Origin: Paraspadella gotoi
Taxonomy: Eukaryota > Animalia > Chaetognatha
Assembly: GCA_051294375.1 (NCBI GenBank)
Contig: CM119269.1
Location: 10,584,883 to 10,648,882, forward strand
Length of the DNA stretch: 64,000 nucleotides
Reading direction: 5' to 3'
Part shown: in pieces, positions 51,398 to 64,000 of the stretch
How the letters are laid out: each line of letters starts with the position of its first letter
Numbering within the stretch: position 1 is the stretch's first letter
Made by a program: the position numbers and the translations under genes
Notes under the pieces: model-generated
Told to the model about the DNA's origin: nothing
What the model saw: the letters and a program-made list of their open reading frames with translations, nothing else
The model's database searches: none

Positions 51398-52803
51398 GAC
51401 CAAAAAAACGGTGACCCTGGATCTAGAGGTATCAGAGATTGTCGAAATATGACTGATTACTTTATCGATCTTATTTTTTTGGTTGAAGTTTGTGATCCTT
51501 AGAAACAAAACTCGATTCAGAGACAAAATTTCTGAAGTTTTGAACTTTTGATTAAAGTGATTTAAATGTTTTCGTCAGTTCGGTAAAAACGTAATAATAT
51601 TCACCAGATTCATTCATTTTAATTGTATTCTCAGAAAATAAAAAAAAATGCGGGAAATAAGGACGTTTTAATTTGTTAACAATTTTACGGTACAATCTCT
51701 TGTATTTAAATTGTTCTATTGTTTAGTGAAATAGTGAAAACTTAACACACGAGAGCGAAAATAAATTGGGCAAATTCCTCAGCTTATTTGTCTCGTCGAT
51801 TCTAATTCAGAAAACCTGTTTCACTCGAGATTAATTAAATGTTGATAATGAGTTAGATATCCAAGAAGAAATTACTGTGAAATAACTGAGTGAGAGGAAA
51901 GAAATTATGAAAAAAAACAAACGGTCAGCTAATAACTGCGTTGAATGTATGAATAAAATTAGTGTTTGTTTTTTATAAATGAATAAATGCCTTTAGAAAA
52001 TAGAAAATACTGATTTTTAGTAGAGAGTTTGAAGAAAACTTTTTTAAAAAATAAAATCCCCTACAAACTGCGAAAGCAGCCCAACAATCATAAAACTATT
52101 AAACTTCAAAGTATCCCTTTAATCTTAACTTGTCAAGTTAAATCATTGTTTATCCCTTTGAATCTAGAGTGTCTGCGTCTGGCCAACAAAGATGGGCCCA
52201 TTTTTTTCATTCTCCTCATCCATCCCCCCCCTCACCCCAAACCACTTCTTCCTCACCATCTAAATCCACCCATCTAACCTCCAACCCATCCCGCCCGTCA
52301 CGATTTAAAGAGTTTTCACCGTTCGTTGTTTTACATGACCGGGTGAGCTCTTTTTTTTTTTCTGTTTTTTTCTGTTTTTTTTGTGAATCGGGTGACTTCG
52401 CATTGTTTCGGGTTTTTCTCTCATCGAATGAGAGACGAATCCTCATTCATCAATACGTTCGTCCGCATTTCGTTTTTTTTTTTTTTTTTTTTTCTAATTT
52501 TTTTTTTTTCTGAAATAAAAGAGACAATTTGTTGGATTGGTTTTTTTAGATTTTTCTTCTTGACATTAAAAATCATTTAAGAGTAAAACCTGCAAATAAA
52601 TCAATATTTATAAATTTCATTGGTTTTTTTTTCACAATGAGTAGAGAATTCGATAATTTAGTTTATACACTTTTCTTGAGATCGTTTCATAAATAGTGTT
52701 AAAAAACTTAATCCATATGCAATTGTAAGAGATAGATTCTTTGAGCAATATTAAATGAGATTGAAAGTCATGATTAAATATTTTTAACTTAAATTTAAAT
52801 ATT

Positions 52804-53043
52804 TATGGTGGACTAAAATCCACCAACGTTCATCAGCGGCCATTGGTAGCGGAGGCAAGTCATTCGCCTCCCAACCCAAAGGTCCGGGGTTCTAGCCTGG
52901 TGGCCGCCTCGCAGTTAAGAGGGACGGGGCGCTTAACCCGCCTGTAACACCGTGTTACACTTGATCCGAAGCTCAGGGACTGCTTAATGCTTATATTGAA
53001 CGGTTCTGTCACTAACATATAACAATAATTACTGTCTCTTCAT
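52804..53043 (+). mobile_element. ~235-bp non-autonomous interspersed element with tRNA-like core, copy 1
   Basis: Highly similar to 53200-53434 and to the reverse complement of 63691-63925. Core 52836-52907 has a 7-bp acceptor stem GCGGCCA/TGGCCGC and a B-box-like GGTTCTAGCC. Confidence 0.8.
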
Positions 53044-53199
53044 TGGTGAGACCGACTTCAAGTGACATGCCTCAACCTGGCGATGCACTTTCGCCAACAA
53101 CACATCAGGCGACATGCCTCAACTTGGTGACGCACTTTCCACAACAACAACAATTCACTGAAGAGACGCAACAGACTTCTCCCTACGGGAGGGGGGATG

Positions 53200-53434
53200 T
53201 ATGGTGGACTAAAATCCACCAACCGTTCATCAGCGGCCATTGGTTTCGGAGGCAAGTCATTCGCCTCCAAACCCAAAGGTCTGGGGTTCTAGCCCGATGG
53301 CCGCCTAGCAGTTAAATGGGACGGGGCGCTTAACCCGCCTGTAACACGGTGTTACAGCCTGATCCAAAGCTTAGGGACTGCTTATATTGAACGGTTCTGT
53401 CACTAATATATAACAATAATTACTGTCTCTTCAT
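53200..53434 (+). mobile_element. ~235-bp non-autonomous interspersed element with tRNA-like core, copy 2
   Basis: Direct copy of 52804-53043, located 156 bp downstream. Confidence 0.8.
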
Positions 53435-53525
53435 ATTAGGGTCTTAAAACAAATTTTTGACATAAACCATATAAAACGCCTAATTTTTGTGCTGATTTCG
53501 GGAAACAACTCTCAAAGGCGCTAGG

Positions 53526-54091
53526 ATGTGTTGGGGGTGCAAAAACGGAATCCCTCCGCTGAGGATCGGGAGAAGTGACGTCTCCTTGACGCAATGGGAG
53601 GCGCCAAAGATGTTTCCGTTCAAATGCATGTTCGGTCTTTCGAGGTGAGGAAAGAATGACCGTTGCATTAAGTTTATTTGTTTTGGGTACTGGACTAGTT
53701 GTGGTTCATAAACGTGCACAATCAATAGTATTTGTTTTTGATGTCAATTTTAGAGACAATACGTTTCTGGCCGGCGGAGGGACGCCTTACGCTTGGGGCT
53801 ACACCTACAAAGCTCCTTTTAATTTCTACGCCGTCCAAACGGGCGCCATTTTTGAAACGAAGAGGGTAACTACTGATTTTTTGTCGCTTTTGTTTTTTTT
53901 TTCATTTGTGTAAAACGATAGTGACCTCTATCCGCTATTGAAAGCAATTTCAATTTAATCTTTTTTTTCTTTAGAAACGATTCGAATACGAGGCGCATCA
54001 AGTCCGCAGAAACATCAGAAACATGAAGCACGGAGTCAACATGCTCACTTTCTACAGGCGGCCGCCGCCAAACTGGGGCTACGAGTGTTAA
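53526..54091 (+). CDS. Small uncharacterised three-exon protein (115 aa), possibly with additional 5' exon(s)
   Basis: Exons 53526-53644 (AG|gtgagg), 53754-53865 (tttag|...AGG|gtaact) and 53975-54091 (ctttag|) join in matching phases into MCWGCKNGIPPLRIGRSDVSLTQWEAPKMFPFKCMFGLSRDNTFLAGGGTPYAWGYTYKAPFNFYAVQTGAIFETKRKRFEYEAHQVRRNIRNMKHGVNMLTFYRRPPPNWGYEC*. Exons are GC-rich islands in AT-rich flanks, as in the neighbouring genes. Confidence 0.7.
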
Positions 54092-55367
54092 ACCGTAAAT
54101 TACCTTAACTAAAAAGGACTGGGGGATTGGGTATAGCAACATATGTGCGCCCCGCCCCAATTATTTCATTTTTTTATCCGATTCGCTTTAGACGTAATCC
54201 GTAAAAAGATATTAACTTTCGTCATGGAAAAAAAATTGGTTTGGTTAAATTATGAACTTCCTTCAACAAAGGAGATTCATGTTAACTTATTACTTTACCA
54301 ATCTAAGTATATGCCTAGCGACGAAACTTATATTTGTCGTTTTGAAAAAAAATATTTTCTGTAAATATGGTGCATTACCAAATTCGTTTCCACTTGGAAA
54401 GGTTTTGGATAATTAACGCTTCTTTAAAATATTTTTTGTGTCACTGTATTATATAAAATCTGTTTTTTTGGCTTTTCCAATTTTCACTGCACGATTTCCG
54501 AAAACACAAGTATCAAACGATGGCTATTAATATTTTAAGAATATATATATAAAATATAGCAAAATACACTATTTTTTATTTTTAAAAGAAATTGTTTTGA
54601 ATCATGCTTTTTCTTTTATTTTTTCCACCCAATTGTGAACGGGTTAAAGCTGTGTCACTTTTTCTAGTCTTTGGAAGAAATTTTTGGTTTTAGTTTCATT
54701 TTTATCTCATCTTTTCTTTATAAAATTAACAAATCGTTACAGAGGTTGTGAAATGGAAAAAGAAACAACAAAAGCTCTTCTATGTAGGTATGTATGTATG
54801 TATGTATGTATGTATGTATGTATGTTACATATCATTTTGTTTATGGAAGCGTGGGCATTAAATATCTGTACACATTTTCTTTTTATTTCTAACTTTTTTG
54901 TAGTCTCATGTGATTCACATCAGTTTATTATGTCGTTTCTTTGATATTCGTTTATTAAAAGCCATTAAAAATTAAATTAAACCATCACAAAATTTTATTA
55001 ATTCATGCAAAGTTCAATAAAACCAAACAAAAAAGTATCAGTATACAAAGTGATTGGTCCGGAAGAGACGGTGCTCTTAAAACTGGTGACTAGAAGAATC
55101 AAGTAAAAAAACATTCAGCTTGATTTGTGTTATGGTCATTATATGAAATAAAAGTAAACATTTACAGTCGGAATTAAGACTAATTTGGGGTCAATAATGA
55201 ACGTTCAGGGCCCTGTTAGACCTAGCTAGACTTAGACTGATTGTTAGTGAAATCTAGTAGTTTCTTAACATTCTCTTTTTAGTTACTTTAATTCAAAAAG
55301 TTACTTTGTCTTCTTCCACAATATTTATCCACAAAAAAAAATTAATTTAGCACATGTGAGCAGTTAA

Positions 55368-55810
55368 AAAACAAGTTTGAGCAAACAATGCCGGATCTGC
55401 CCGCGATGATTTAGCTGCAAGAAGCTAATCAGATAATAATTTGTGATAAATCCTACAATATACATTTTTTATTTATTTTGGTTTTATATGGTTGCAATAA
55501 ATTCTGTTTTTTGCTGTTTGAATTTATTTATTATGGTGGTAGTTGTGGGTATTGTGATTGTTATTGCAGCATGAATACAGCAATACACATTTTATTTTAA
55601 AAAGAAAAAAAAATTTAATTGTATAAAGTTTTTTTTTCTATTTAAAACCATTTTCATTATCCAACTTAATCACATACCTTGTTTCTCACATACAAAATTT
55701 CGTCTCAATCTATCTATCCCAACACGAGAATTGGAGTTTAAAGCTAAGGGGGGACAGACGGACAGACGGATAAACATCATTATTTTTGCATAATTTATCA
55801 TTATTGGATG
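55368..55810 (+). mobile_element. Possible Helentron/DINE-like non-autonomous element
   Basis: The start (acaagtttgagcaaacaatg) is shared with 7498. An internal GACAGACG microsatellite lies at 55752-55770; similar ctgt/cagt microsatellite-bearing segments occur at 57190-57260 and 31925-31955. Confidence 0.35.
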
Positions 55811-55997
55811 TGCTAGAATGATTTAAGTGACTGGATGACAAAACTGTGGGAAGCGACCGACAAAGTGAATAGATCTGTAGTATGCGATAAGCAGATCGGG
55901 ATAAAAATGTTTTTATCTCGTTTGTATTGTAACAAGTTGTTCATAACTTCATATAAGTACAGAAATAAATATGGATAAATAACTGATAACAAACGCA

Positions 55998-56641
55998 TTA
56001 ATCCTCAACCCGAGTCGGAACGAACTCGGTGACGCATCGAAAATAATGAGATTCGCTAGAAGCGATGGTGGACGCATCCGCGGCAGCGCCCGGTCTTTCG
56101 TTGGAGTCGCTCGACATCTTAGTGGAGTCGCCAAAGGAGGTCCTGCTGGAGTCGCTGGTGGATATGGCAGAGTCGTTATTGGAGTCTTTGGTGGAGCAGG
56201 TTACGTGATCGAAATCGTTGGAGTCGACGCGTCCTCGATTTCGACTCGATGAAGGACGTCGAGTGAGAGACGATCTTGTAGATATATCGGGTGAATGTTG
56301 AACGATGTTAATAAACAAAGTTATAAACATAATATTTTAAATTAAATGAATGACAGAATGACAGAATGTATTTTATAATCAATTCGTTAATTTTTTCGTT
56401 AATTCTTCCCAACCTTCTCTCCGACCTTACCTCGACCTTACCCTCCCTCCTTACCCAAAAACAAAGCTCTTCCTCTTCCCCTCCCTCGCGCCCTCCGTCC
56501 CCATCACCCACTCCGTCCTCGTCCGAAGGCGGCGCAGCTGACGCTCACGGACTTCGGAGAAGCGCGTCGCGTGACGCGTCCTCTCGTGGTGACGGTTCAT
56601 CTCTGCGCGGGAGAAAAGGGTATGAGGATTACGAATTAAAT

Positions 56642-56704
<63 letters not shown>

Positions 56705-57729
56705 AAGATATTGAGATTAATAATGAATGGTGATAATCACGATTTTTAGAAAGCGAGTAGGCATATAGAGAAACAAAACAGTTCGTTTCTTTAGAAAACT
56801 GAAAAGAGAAACGAAGACGAATAAAGACTACAACCACTATGAGTTATCGGTATTAATAAGCGCTAACACAAGTTTGAGGTTTTCTGGAACGAATTATCGT
56901 CGTCCTCTTCTCTCCTACTGACCTAAGAGTTCCTCCAAGGGAATGGTGAGCACTTGGTCCAACTCGTCCACGACCGTCGCTGGACCCAAAAGGCTCGGTT
57001 TCGGGCGTACGTCGGCGTCATCGTCGTCGTCGTCGTTGTCTGAGTTCACGTTCTTGGCTTTAGTTTCGTCAGTCGCCGTTGAAGACGTGCTGGGGAAAAC
57101 TCGTCCACTCACGCCTGAAAGAAAAACCATTGGCGACTCATTTAAAACGACAAATGAACAGCGATTGGTATTAGAAATTGGATTTTAAGTCCCACTTCTG
57201 CCCCGACTTTATAAGATTGGTTTCAGTTGGTCAGTTGGTCTGTCTGTCTGTCTCTCTGTTCCGAGACGTAACTGTCAATAAAAAGGATATTTTTTTTTTT
57301 TTTAAGTTTTTTTGTTGAAGTCTTCGCATAAGAAACGAACGCTTTCAAGCTTTTCTAGTTTAAATTCATAACCAAAGCTTGGCTGACATCCATCCGGTCT
57401 TGTGTGCCTTTCGAAATATCCCATAAAATGATTGTCTAAATGTCTCATACTCACTATGTCTGGCAACGTCGAAGCCATTCTCCTTGGAGTCCGCCTCCAA
57501 GATGCTCTGGATGACCCGCTGCTTTCTGGAGGAGCGCAGCTTGACGGACGACTGTGGTCCGTTAAAGTCATACTTGAACCATTCGGTGACCCGGATCGTC
57601 GTCCCCATGACCGCAGAGAAGTAAGACACGTTCGGGGTTCCGAAGATTCGTTGGAGCGGAAAGAGTTGGATGAGCAGCTTGAGAAGCGTCACGGCGTTCT
57701 CTAGTAGGGTGCGAGAGGGAGACAGAGAA

Positions 57730-57820
<91 letters not shown>

Positions 57821-59082
57821 TTGAACTCACTGATTTGCATGGGTTGCTTTGAGCAAGTGACGATGACAGAAGGAGCGATGCTAACGGCGAGAGACTCGGC
57901 CGTCATTCCGTTCTCGTGGGCGTGGTTCAACGTGCGAGACAGCGTGCCGAATAGAAGGACGGCCAAGCGTTGGGAGGCGGTGGAAAGGGAATGCATCACC
58001 TATCGCCAACGGAGTGATTCGGATGATGTATTTTCATTCCATTTGATTTGATTGCTCAATTGTCTAAAAAGAATATACCTGCGAGATGGTGTCGTATTGA
58101 TGGGAGAGATCTTTGGATTCCATTGCGGCCAAAAGACTTCGTTCGCCATCGACGCCGAAGACTCCGTCGGGTATCCGGCCGACGAATGACTGGAAGGAAG
58201 ATCGATATATATATAAGATATATATATATAAGATCGATATATATATGGGGATTCGTTGAATTTATTTTTTACGGCAAGTAGAAATAACTGTTGGCCTAAT
58301 GTACATTTTGAATCAATTAACCAGGGTAATAAAGTAATATTTTTTTAATTTTTTTTTAAAAAAATAAACATTTTTAAATGATTTTACAAAATACGCCAAA
58401 ACCCCGGTCGGCGAAAGTAAATTTTAGCCGACGAAACATTTGTCGCCTTTTTTAAAAACTCGAGACGAGAAGAGTTTGTTGTACCTTGACGACTGAAGCG
58501 ATGGTATGGATGGCAAATCGCTCCAAGTCCACTGGTTTTCCATCCTGCAACTTACGCTTCATCTTTTCGACGTCGCTGTGATTTCCCGGTTTACGGAAGA
58601 CGTTGACGGTGGCCACGCCCTCGTGGCACAACCGACGGAAAAGGCCCTGAAGGAAAGGCGAGGGAAGGTGGAAACATTTTGGCTCGATATAACAATTTAA
58701 ATCGATAAACCTAAATGGTTAAGATTTGCATCAACTATACTATCTCGGGGTCTTCGCCTCCTAAAAACTCACCAGTATCGATTCTGGAATTTCGCCTCCC
58801 GGAAATGATCGATCAAGAGGAACGCCGAATTTGATTCTGATAAATATAATAAGTATCATGCATATAACGTACACAGAGAAAGCTAACGAAATGACCACAA
58901 AAAAGTATCAAAATTCGGAAACAGGTTCCGAGTAATGAATAATCTCTTCTCAGCAAAGACTGGCGTCACGTGATAGAGCCCGGTGCTTACTTGAGTCTTC
59001 TCTCCCCGACATACGGACATGATATGAGCAAGCAAATGACTTGACGCGCCGAATCCATCGACGGCCTCCCGTGTTTTCCCAT
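55998..59082 (-). CDS. Rho GTPase-activating protein (RhoGAP domain plus low-complexity C-terminal tail); 9 coding exons
   Basis: Exons 58991-59082, 58773-58836, 58485-58646, 58079-58189, 57831-57999, 57455-57700, 56923-57114, 56455-56602, 55998-56274 are phase-consistent. KFGVPL lead-in, arginine finger VFRKPG, TIASVVKSFVGRIP and NGMTAESLAVSIAPS are RhoGAP motifs. Confidence 0.9.
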
Positions 59083-60618
59083 CGCGACGAAAGCTTGTGG
59101 GGAATAGAATTCCAATTATATATATTTTTTTATTTTTGGTTTTTTTCCTTCTGTGATAAGAACGTGTCATTTTTGACTTCTTCGTTCTTTACTACGTACG
59201 TATTCGTTTGAATTTAGCCGACAGCCGAAAGATATATATGTACGCATTTAACTCACCGACGGAAACGCGTTAATCTTTCATGAAAGCAGTCACGTGATTG
59301 TCGTTTAAAATTTGAGCAAAAAGATTGACTAATTGATTGAGATCGCGGACCATGTGCGCCATGAAAGCGGAAGTAGGCGCGTCTTCTCCGCGACAAGAAA
59401 GTCGGGTCAACGCCTCATCGAACTTTTCTTCGCTTTTTGACGTGAAATGTCATGGACATGAAGCTATTGTTGTGAGTTGACGGATTCCACCGAGATAATC
59501 CGCTCTGGCAGTTCCCTCCTCTTTCTTCTCTCGTAGAGTCGTACGGACTCCTCCTCTTCCGTCGCCGCTTCTCTCGCTCATACGCCATCCTCATGGAAGC
59601 GATGCCGTCGCCCTTCGCTAATGTTCGACGTCGCATGAAAATGAGTGAATTTCGTGCGAAAAAAACTATTAACCTATCTGCTAATAAGAAATGGAAAAGG
59701 AAACGTTAGATAATAATAATATAATAAATATTCAAGATTTTTTCCTAATCATAATAACAGCTAAAAAGGTCAATTTAAATGATTAGAACTTAGGGTATAT
59801 AGGTTTTAGATCAGCGTAGAAAAAGAAATATGAACATGGGGCAAAATTTTCCTCATTTCGTGAATTGAATCTCTGAGGTATATTAACAAGCCCAGGGGAA
59901 AAAAAATTTAAAGCGTACACTGTATAGACTATAGTGTATAATATAATGTATACTCTATCTTCATTTGATTTTCTTTTTCTTTTGTTTTTATTTCTGGGGA
60001 TACAAACCGAGTGACATCTCTCGAAGTTTTTCGAAAAATTCTTGGATAAAAGACATAATTAATAATAATTCGAAAAAGACTATTTCTAACATTCCATTTA
60101 ATGAAATTGGTACAACCAATATAATGTAATGTAATTGTTATCTTTGTAGTTTCATTTTTTTATTCCGTTTAATATCTGTTTGTAATTTACACTTTTATTA
60201 CTGATACAAGTAGACATATTTTAAATTATATTTTTTCTGCTCACTCCAGAATTTTCAAAATGTTTAAAAGTTTTTAATTTTTATTTCATCTTGAACCAAG
60301 AAAACATTCTGTAAGTGTAACTTTGTAATTTTGTAACAGTGTAACTTTGTTCTCGTACAGTTTTGATATTCCGCGCTATTTTTTTTCTTAATGATCGTTT
60401 TTGTTTGACTTCGAACAGAAAAGAAATGAAAGAAAAAAGCAAAATAAAAAAACGAAAGAGAAAAATTGCGGTTAATGACTTTTGGACGCCGGTGGAGCCA
60501 CAGGCGTCGTTGGCAAGAACAACGAAAACAAAAGACTAACGAGAATCTCCTTGAATTCACCGTCTCTCTGTGATAAATGCAAAGAGAGAATGAGAATGAG
60601 ACAGAGAGACAGAGACAC

Positions 60619-60665
<47 letters not shown>

Positions 60666-61177
60666 AAAGCCAAAAAAAAGAGAAAATACAAGACAGCAAC
60701 TCTCCATTTTTACTTGAAATATGATAAGTTTGGCTTAGCATGGGTGCCTTAAATATACTTTCACTTTGAACCTAAGATTCTCGAGACGATATCGAACTTC
60801 GATATCAAACTTGTACTTTGTTTCTTGAAATTTGACAACCATGATATCATAGCTTTGTTCTTATTTCTTAAAGGGCTGTCTTATTTCTTTTCCGCTTGAA
60901 TTAAAATAAGTTTATGAGACATCGATCGTATAATTTCAAATGGTATCACAGGCACTCGTCAACAAGAACATTTAATAGTAATAATTATAATACTTTTCGA
61001 TAAAACAGTGACGATAGAAAAAAGGTTGTTCGATTTCAGCCGAATTATGTTCGATTTCAACAAGTGACGCGGGAAAAAAGAAATAAAATCAAAACATTAA
61101 TAACTAAATATTAAAAAAATATTACAAATATGCGAGAGAAAAAAACTATGTTCGGTAATTATACTTTTAAAAAAGAA

Positions 61178-61854
61178 TTAATGGAGAGAAATTTCGCTGG
61201 CAGATGAGGGAGTTTGGGTGAGCTGATTGTGCCGCCGGCGCTTCCAGTTCCAAACCTTTGTAAAAACATTAAGAGATAGCAATAAGTGTATTGTTTATTA
61301 TTTTCGACGAAAACGAAAGAAAAAAAAAGAAAGAAAGAAGAAAAGAAAGAAATAATGCAAAAAAGAAAGAAGGAAAGTTATAAAATCCGTTGGAATTCAA
61401 AAAAACTAATTCAGTTTTACTTCCAACGAGGCTCCATCCTTATTGCACCTGTCTCGGATTGACGAACGGATCGCAATCCGACATCAGCAGATGGAGGCCG
61501 TCGTCGCTCATCTCCAGGCAACGACTCGAGGTTCGGTGAAACAATGTCCCGTCCTGGAAAAAGAGGGAGATGGATAGAGAAAGGAGAGCAGGTCGCCGCG
61601 TTTGCTCGACTATTATTACCTGGTTGTATTGCCAGAGCTGATTTCCCTGCTGTCCGTGGCAAGTGATGATCATGATCTTGTCAAGGCCTGGTTGTCCGGT
61701 GTAGTCGAAGCAGCCTTCATCTCTTCTGATTTCTCCTCTTTTACTTAGCATCCAAAACTGTAATGCATGAAGAATAAATATATGTATATATGTATACAGT
61801 AACGATATATTTAGAATCGTCCTCTACCAAATATTTTTTTTATTTTATCAATTT

Positions 61855-61891
<37 letters not shown>

Positions 61892-61907
61892 TTTTCTTCT
61901 TCTTTCT

Positions 61908-61939
<32 letters not shown>

Positions 61940-62285
61940 TTTTTTTCTTTCTCTTCTTTTCTTTCTTTCTTTCTTCTTTCTTTCTTTCTTTCTTTCTTTC
62001 TTCTTTCTTTCTCTTTTCTTATATCTAAGTACATTCTTTCTCTCTTTTCTTTCATTCCTCCCTTTCCTTCTTTTGTGATTTGTTTTTCTCAATCTCCCTA
62101 TCTCTCTTTTTCGCTACAACCAATCTGAAACCTTTCTTCGATTCAATCAATGAACTTTTTTTTTTCTTTCTTTTTTCCCCTCTTTTCTTTCTTATTTGAC
62201 TTCGCGTCTTTTTCCTTTTCTTTCCCCCGAATCGTTCGGCCCCCTGGTAGGAAATCGAGTCGATCATGCTCAAGAAGAAGTTACT

Positions 62286-62352
<67 letters not shown>

Positions 62353-63344
62353 GAGAACCTGATTTCCGCCCTGGTTGTGACATGGATAAGTTGATATGGG
62401 TGTTTGGAGTTCGTTGGTTTCCACTGCTCCGTCGAGACATCGAGGCTGCATCTTGTTTTGGATCTGAGTCGGAGAGGGGGGGGGGAAAGATCACGTGATC
62501 ACCAGAGTTTCTTCCAAATAATTTCAAACTTTATATAGTACAAAATATACTTAAAACGATGATAATCGCTTGTTCTATTTAAACGTGATTAAATTTCCCA
62601 GTTTCCTTACCAACCCCCTTACCTTAAACCACACCCCTCGACAAGTTCCCCACCCTTTAAAGCCCACCCACCTCTCCTGCGCTGATCGCCTCTCCCGGCA
62701 CGAAGAGGTCAGGATAGATGTTGTCGACGAACCACTGGAAGGGTTTGCACTTCAACCTCCGACGCAGGGATAGACGGTCGGATATGTCGCCGAAATCTCC
62801 CTGAGAGAGGAAAAGGGAGGGTTTGGTGGGGGGTGCTGGGGTTAAAAGGGCATCGAGGCCAAACCGCGCCCCCCCCCCCGATGGGTGACGGGAAAGTCAC
62901 GTCATTTTCAGTCGCGTTCGTCGTCGATGTTCGAGATCAAAGATTTTTTTTCTTTCATCCCTTCTTTCTTTTTCCTTCCTTTTTTTTGCCGCCATTTTGG
63001 AATTATGTTACTTTTCCACGTACTCAGTGTCCGAAAATGTCTTTCAATTCTCTTCCACTGCAATGAAAAGATTGATCCCTTTATTTCCAGAAGACAGAAC
63101 TAACTAAATCTGAGTAAACTCAAAGCTTTCAGTTTTCGCGATTAATTTTTCAACTCACCAAATCAAAGTTGAACCTTTCGTAGTAGTAAACTTTGTATTC
63201 GTCCATCCAGACTTCGGCCAAGCGCACCGTGTTGCGCTTTACCACGTTGACTCCCGGTCGCCAGGCGTAGGGGGAGCGTTTGCGAAAGACGTGGCCCACG
63301 TGAGAGCAGGGCATGATCTCGAGCCGGCCGCCGCACATCCAAAT
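61178..63344 (-). CDS. GALNT: Polypeptide N-acetylgalactosaminyltransferase (GT27), 3' part: end of catalytic domain plus ricin-B lectin domain; 5' exons lie beyond the window
   Basis: Exons 63159-63344, 62672-62800, 62359-62463, 61620-61757, 61449-61553, 61178-61255. [56 protein letters not shown]; lectin repeats CHNQGGNQ.W and [10 protein letters not shown]. Resembles the pgant9/gly-5 subfamily. Confidence 0.95.
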
Positions 63345-63690
63345 CTGTGGGAGGAAATAGGGGGGGGAGTAAAATTCCTAAATTTAACTTTCTAAAATTC
63401 TAAAAGTGAGGAACGAACAACATTATACTAATGAACATTTATGTAATAAAAAAATTCATAATAAATTTTTTAATTTACGCAATAGGCCATATTTATACTA
63501 GTATTAAACCAATAAATATTAAAATTTCAAAACAGTTTTTTCTAAGATTTTTTTTGCAGATTTGAATTTGTCATAAAAAGTTAATAGAAAGAAATATAAC
63601 TCTTTTTGAAAAATTCTTTAATTAAGAGGGTCAAAAATTAGAAAAAGCTATATTTTAAGCTGAAAATTAGCTTTTTATATATTAAATATA

Positions 63691-63925
63691 GTGAAGAGAC
63701 AGTAATTATTGTTATGTGTTAATGACAGAACCGTTCAATATAAGCAGTCCCTGAGCTTCAGATCAGGCTGTAACACCGTGTTACAGGCGGGTTAAGCGCC
63801 CCGTCCCTCTTAACTGTTCAGCGGCCACCGGGCTAGAACCCCGGACCTTCGGGTTGGGAGGCGAATGACTAGCCTCCGGCACCAAAGGCTACTGATGAAC
63901 GGTTGGTGGATTTTAGTTCACCATA
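63691..63925 (-). mobile_element. ~235-bp non-autonomous interspersed element with tRNA-like core, copy 3 (in a GALNT intron)
   Basis: Reverse complement of the 52804/53200 copies along its full length. Confidence 0.8.
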
Positions 63926-64000
63926 ATAGTTTTTTTAATTTTTAACCCACTTAATGAAAGAATTTTTAAAAATGATTTATATTTTCTTTTATCAACTTTT

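Noticed and set aside
61441-61462. miR-92-like string TATTGCACCTGTCTCGG
   Set aside because: It is antisense to a GALNT exon-intron junction and has no complementary 5' arm.

Overview
Invertebrate animal genomic DNA from a draft assembly with many N gaps. The ~6-18.5 kb segment looks like unpolished, partly duplicated long-read fill. The right half holds four minus-strand intron-containing genes, assembled by hand with consistent splice phases: a complete Cav2-type voltage-gated calcium channel alpha1 gene (20 exons, ~1,890 aa, EEEE filter), a peroxisomal (S)-2-hydroxy-acid oxidase (10 exons, 373 aa, C-terminal AKL), a RhoGAP (9 coding exons) and the 3' part of a polypeptide GalNAc-transferase. 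A small plus-strand three-exon orphan ORF (115 aa) is not assembled by the ORF track. The left ~36 kb has no recognisable gene and is dominated by microsatellites, minisatellites and foldback or non-autonomous elements. The most notable points are: the Cav2 has a degenerate beta-subunit-binding AID, a very short C-terminus, and a tandemly duplicated in-frame splice acceptor in its EF-hand; a three-copy ~235-bp element carries a tRNA-like core between sub-terminal inverted repeats; and a 2-kb tandem-array foldback shares both flanks with a different ~290-bp insert nearby.
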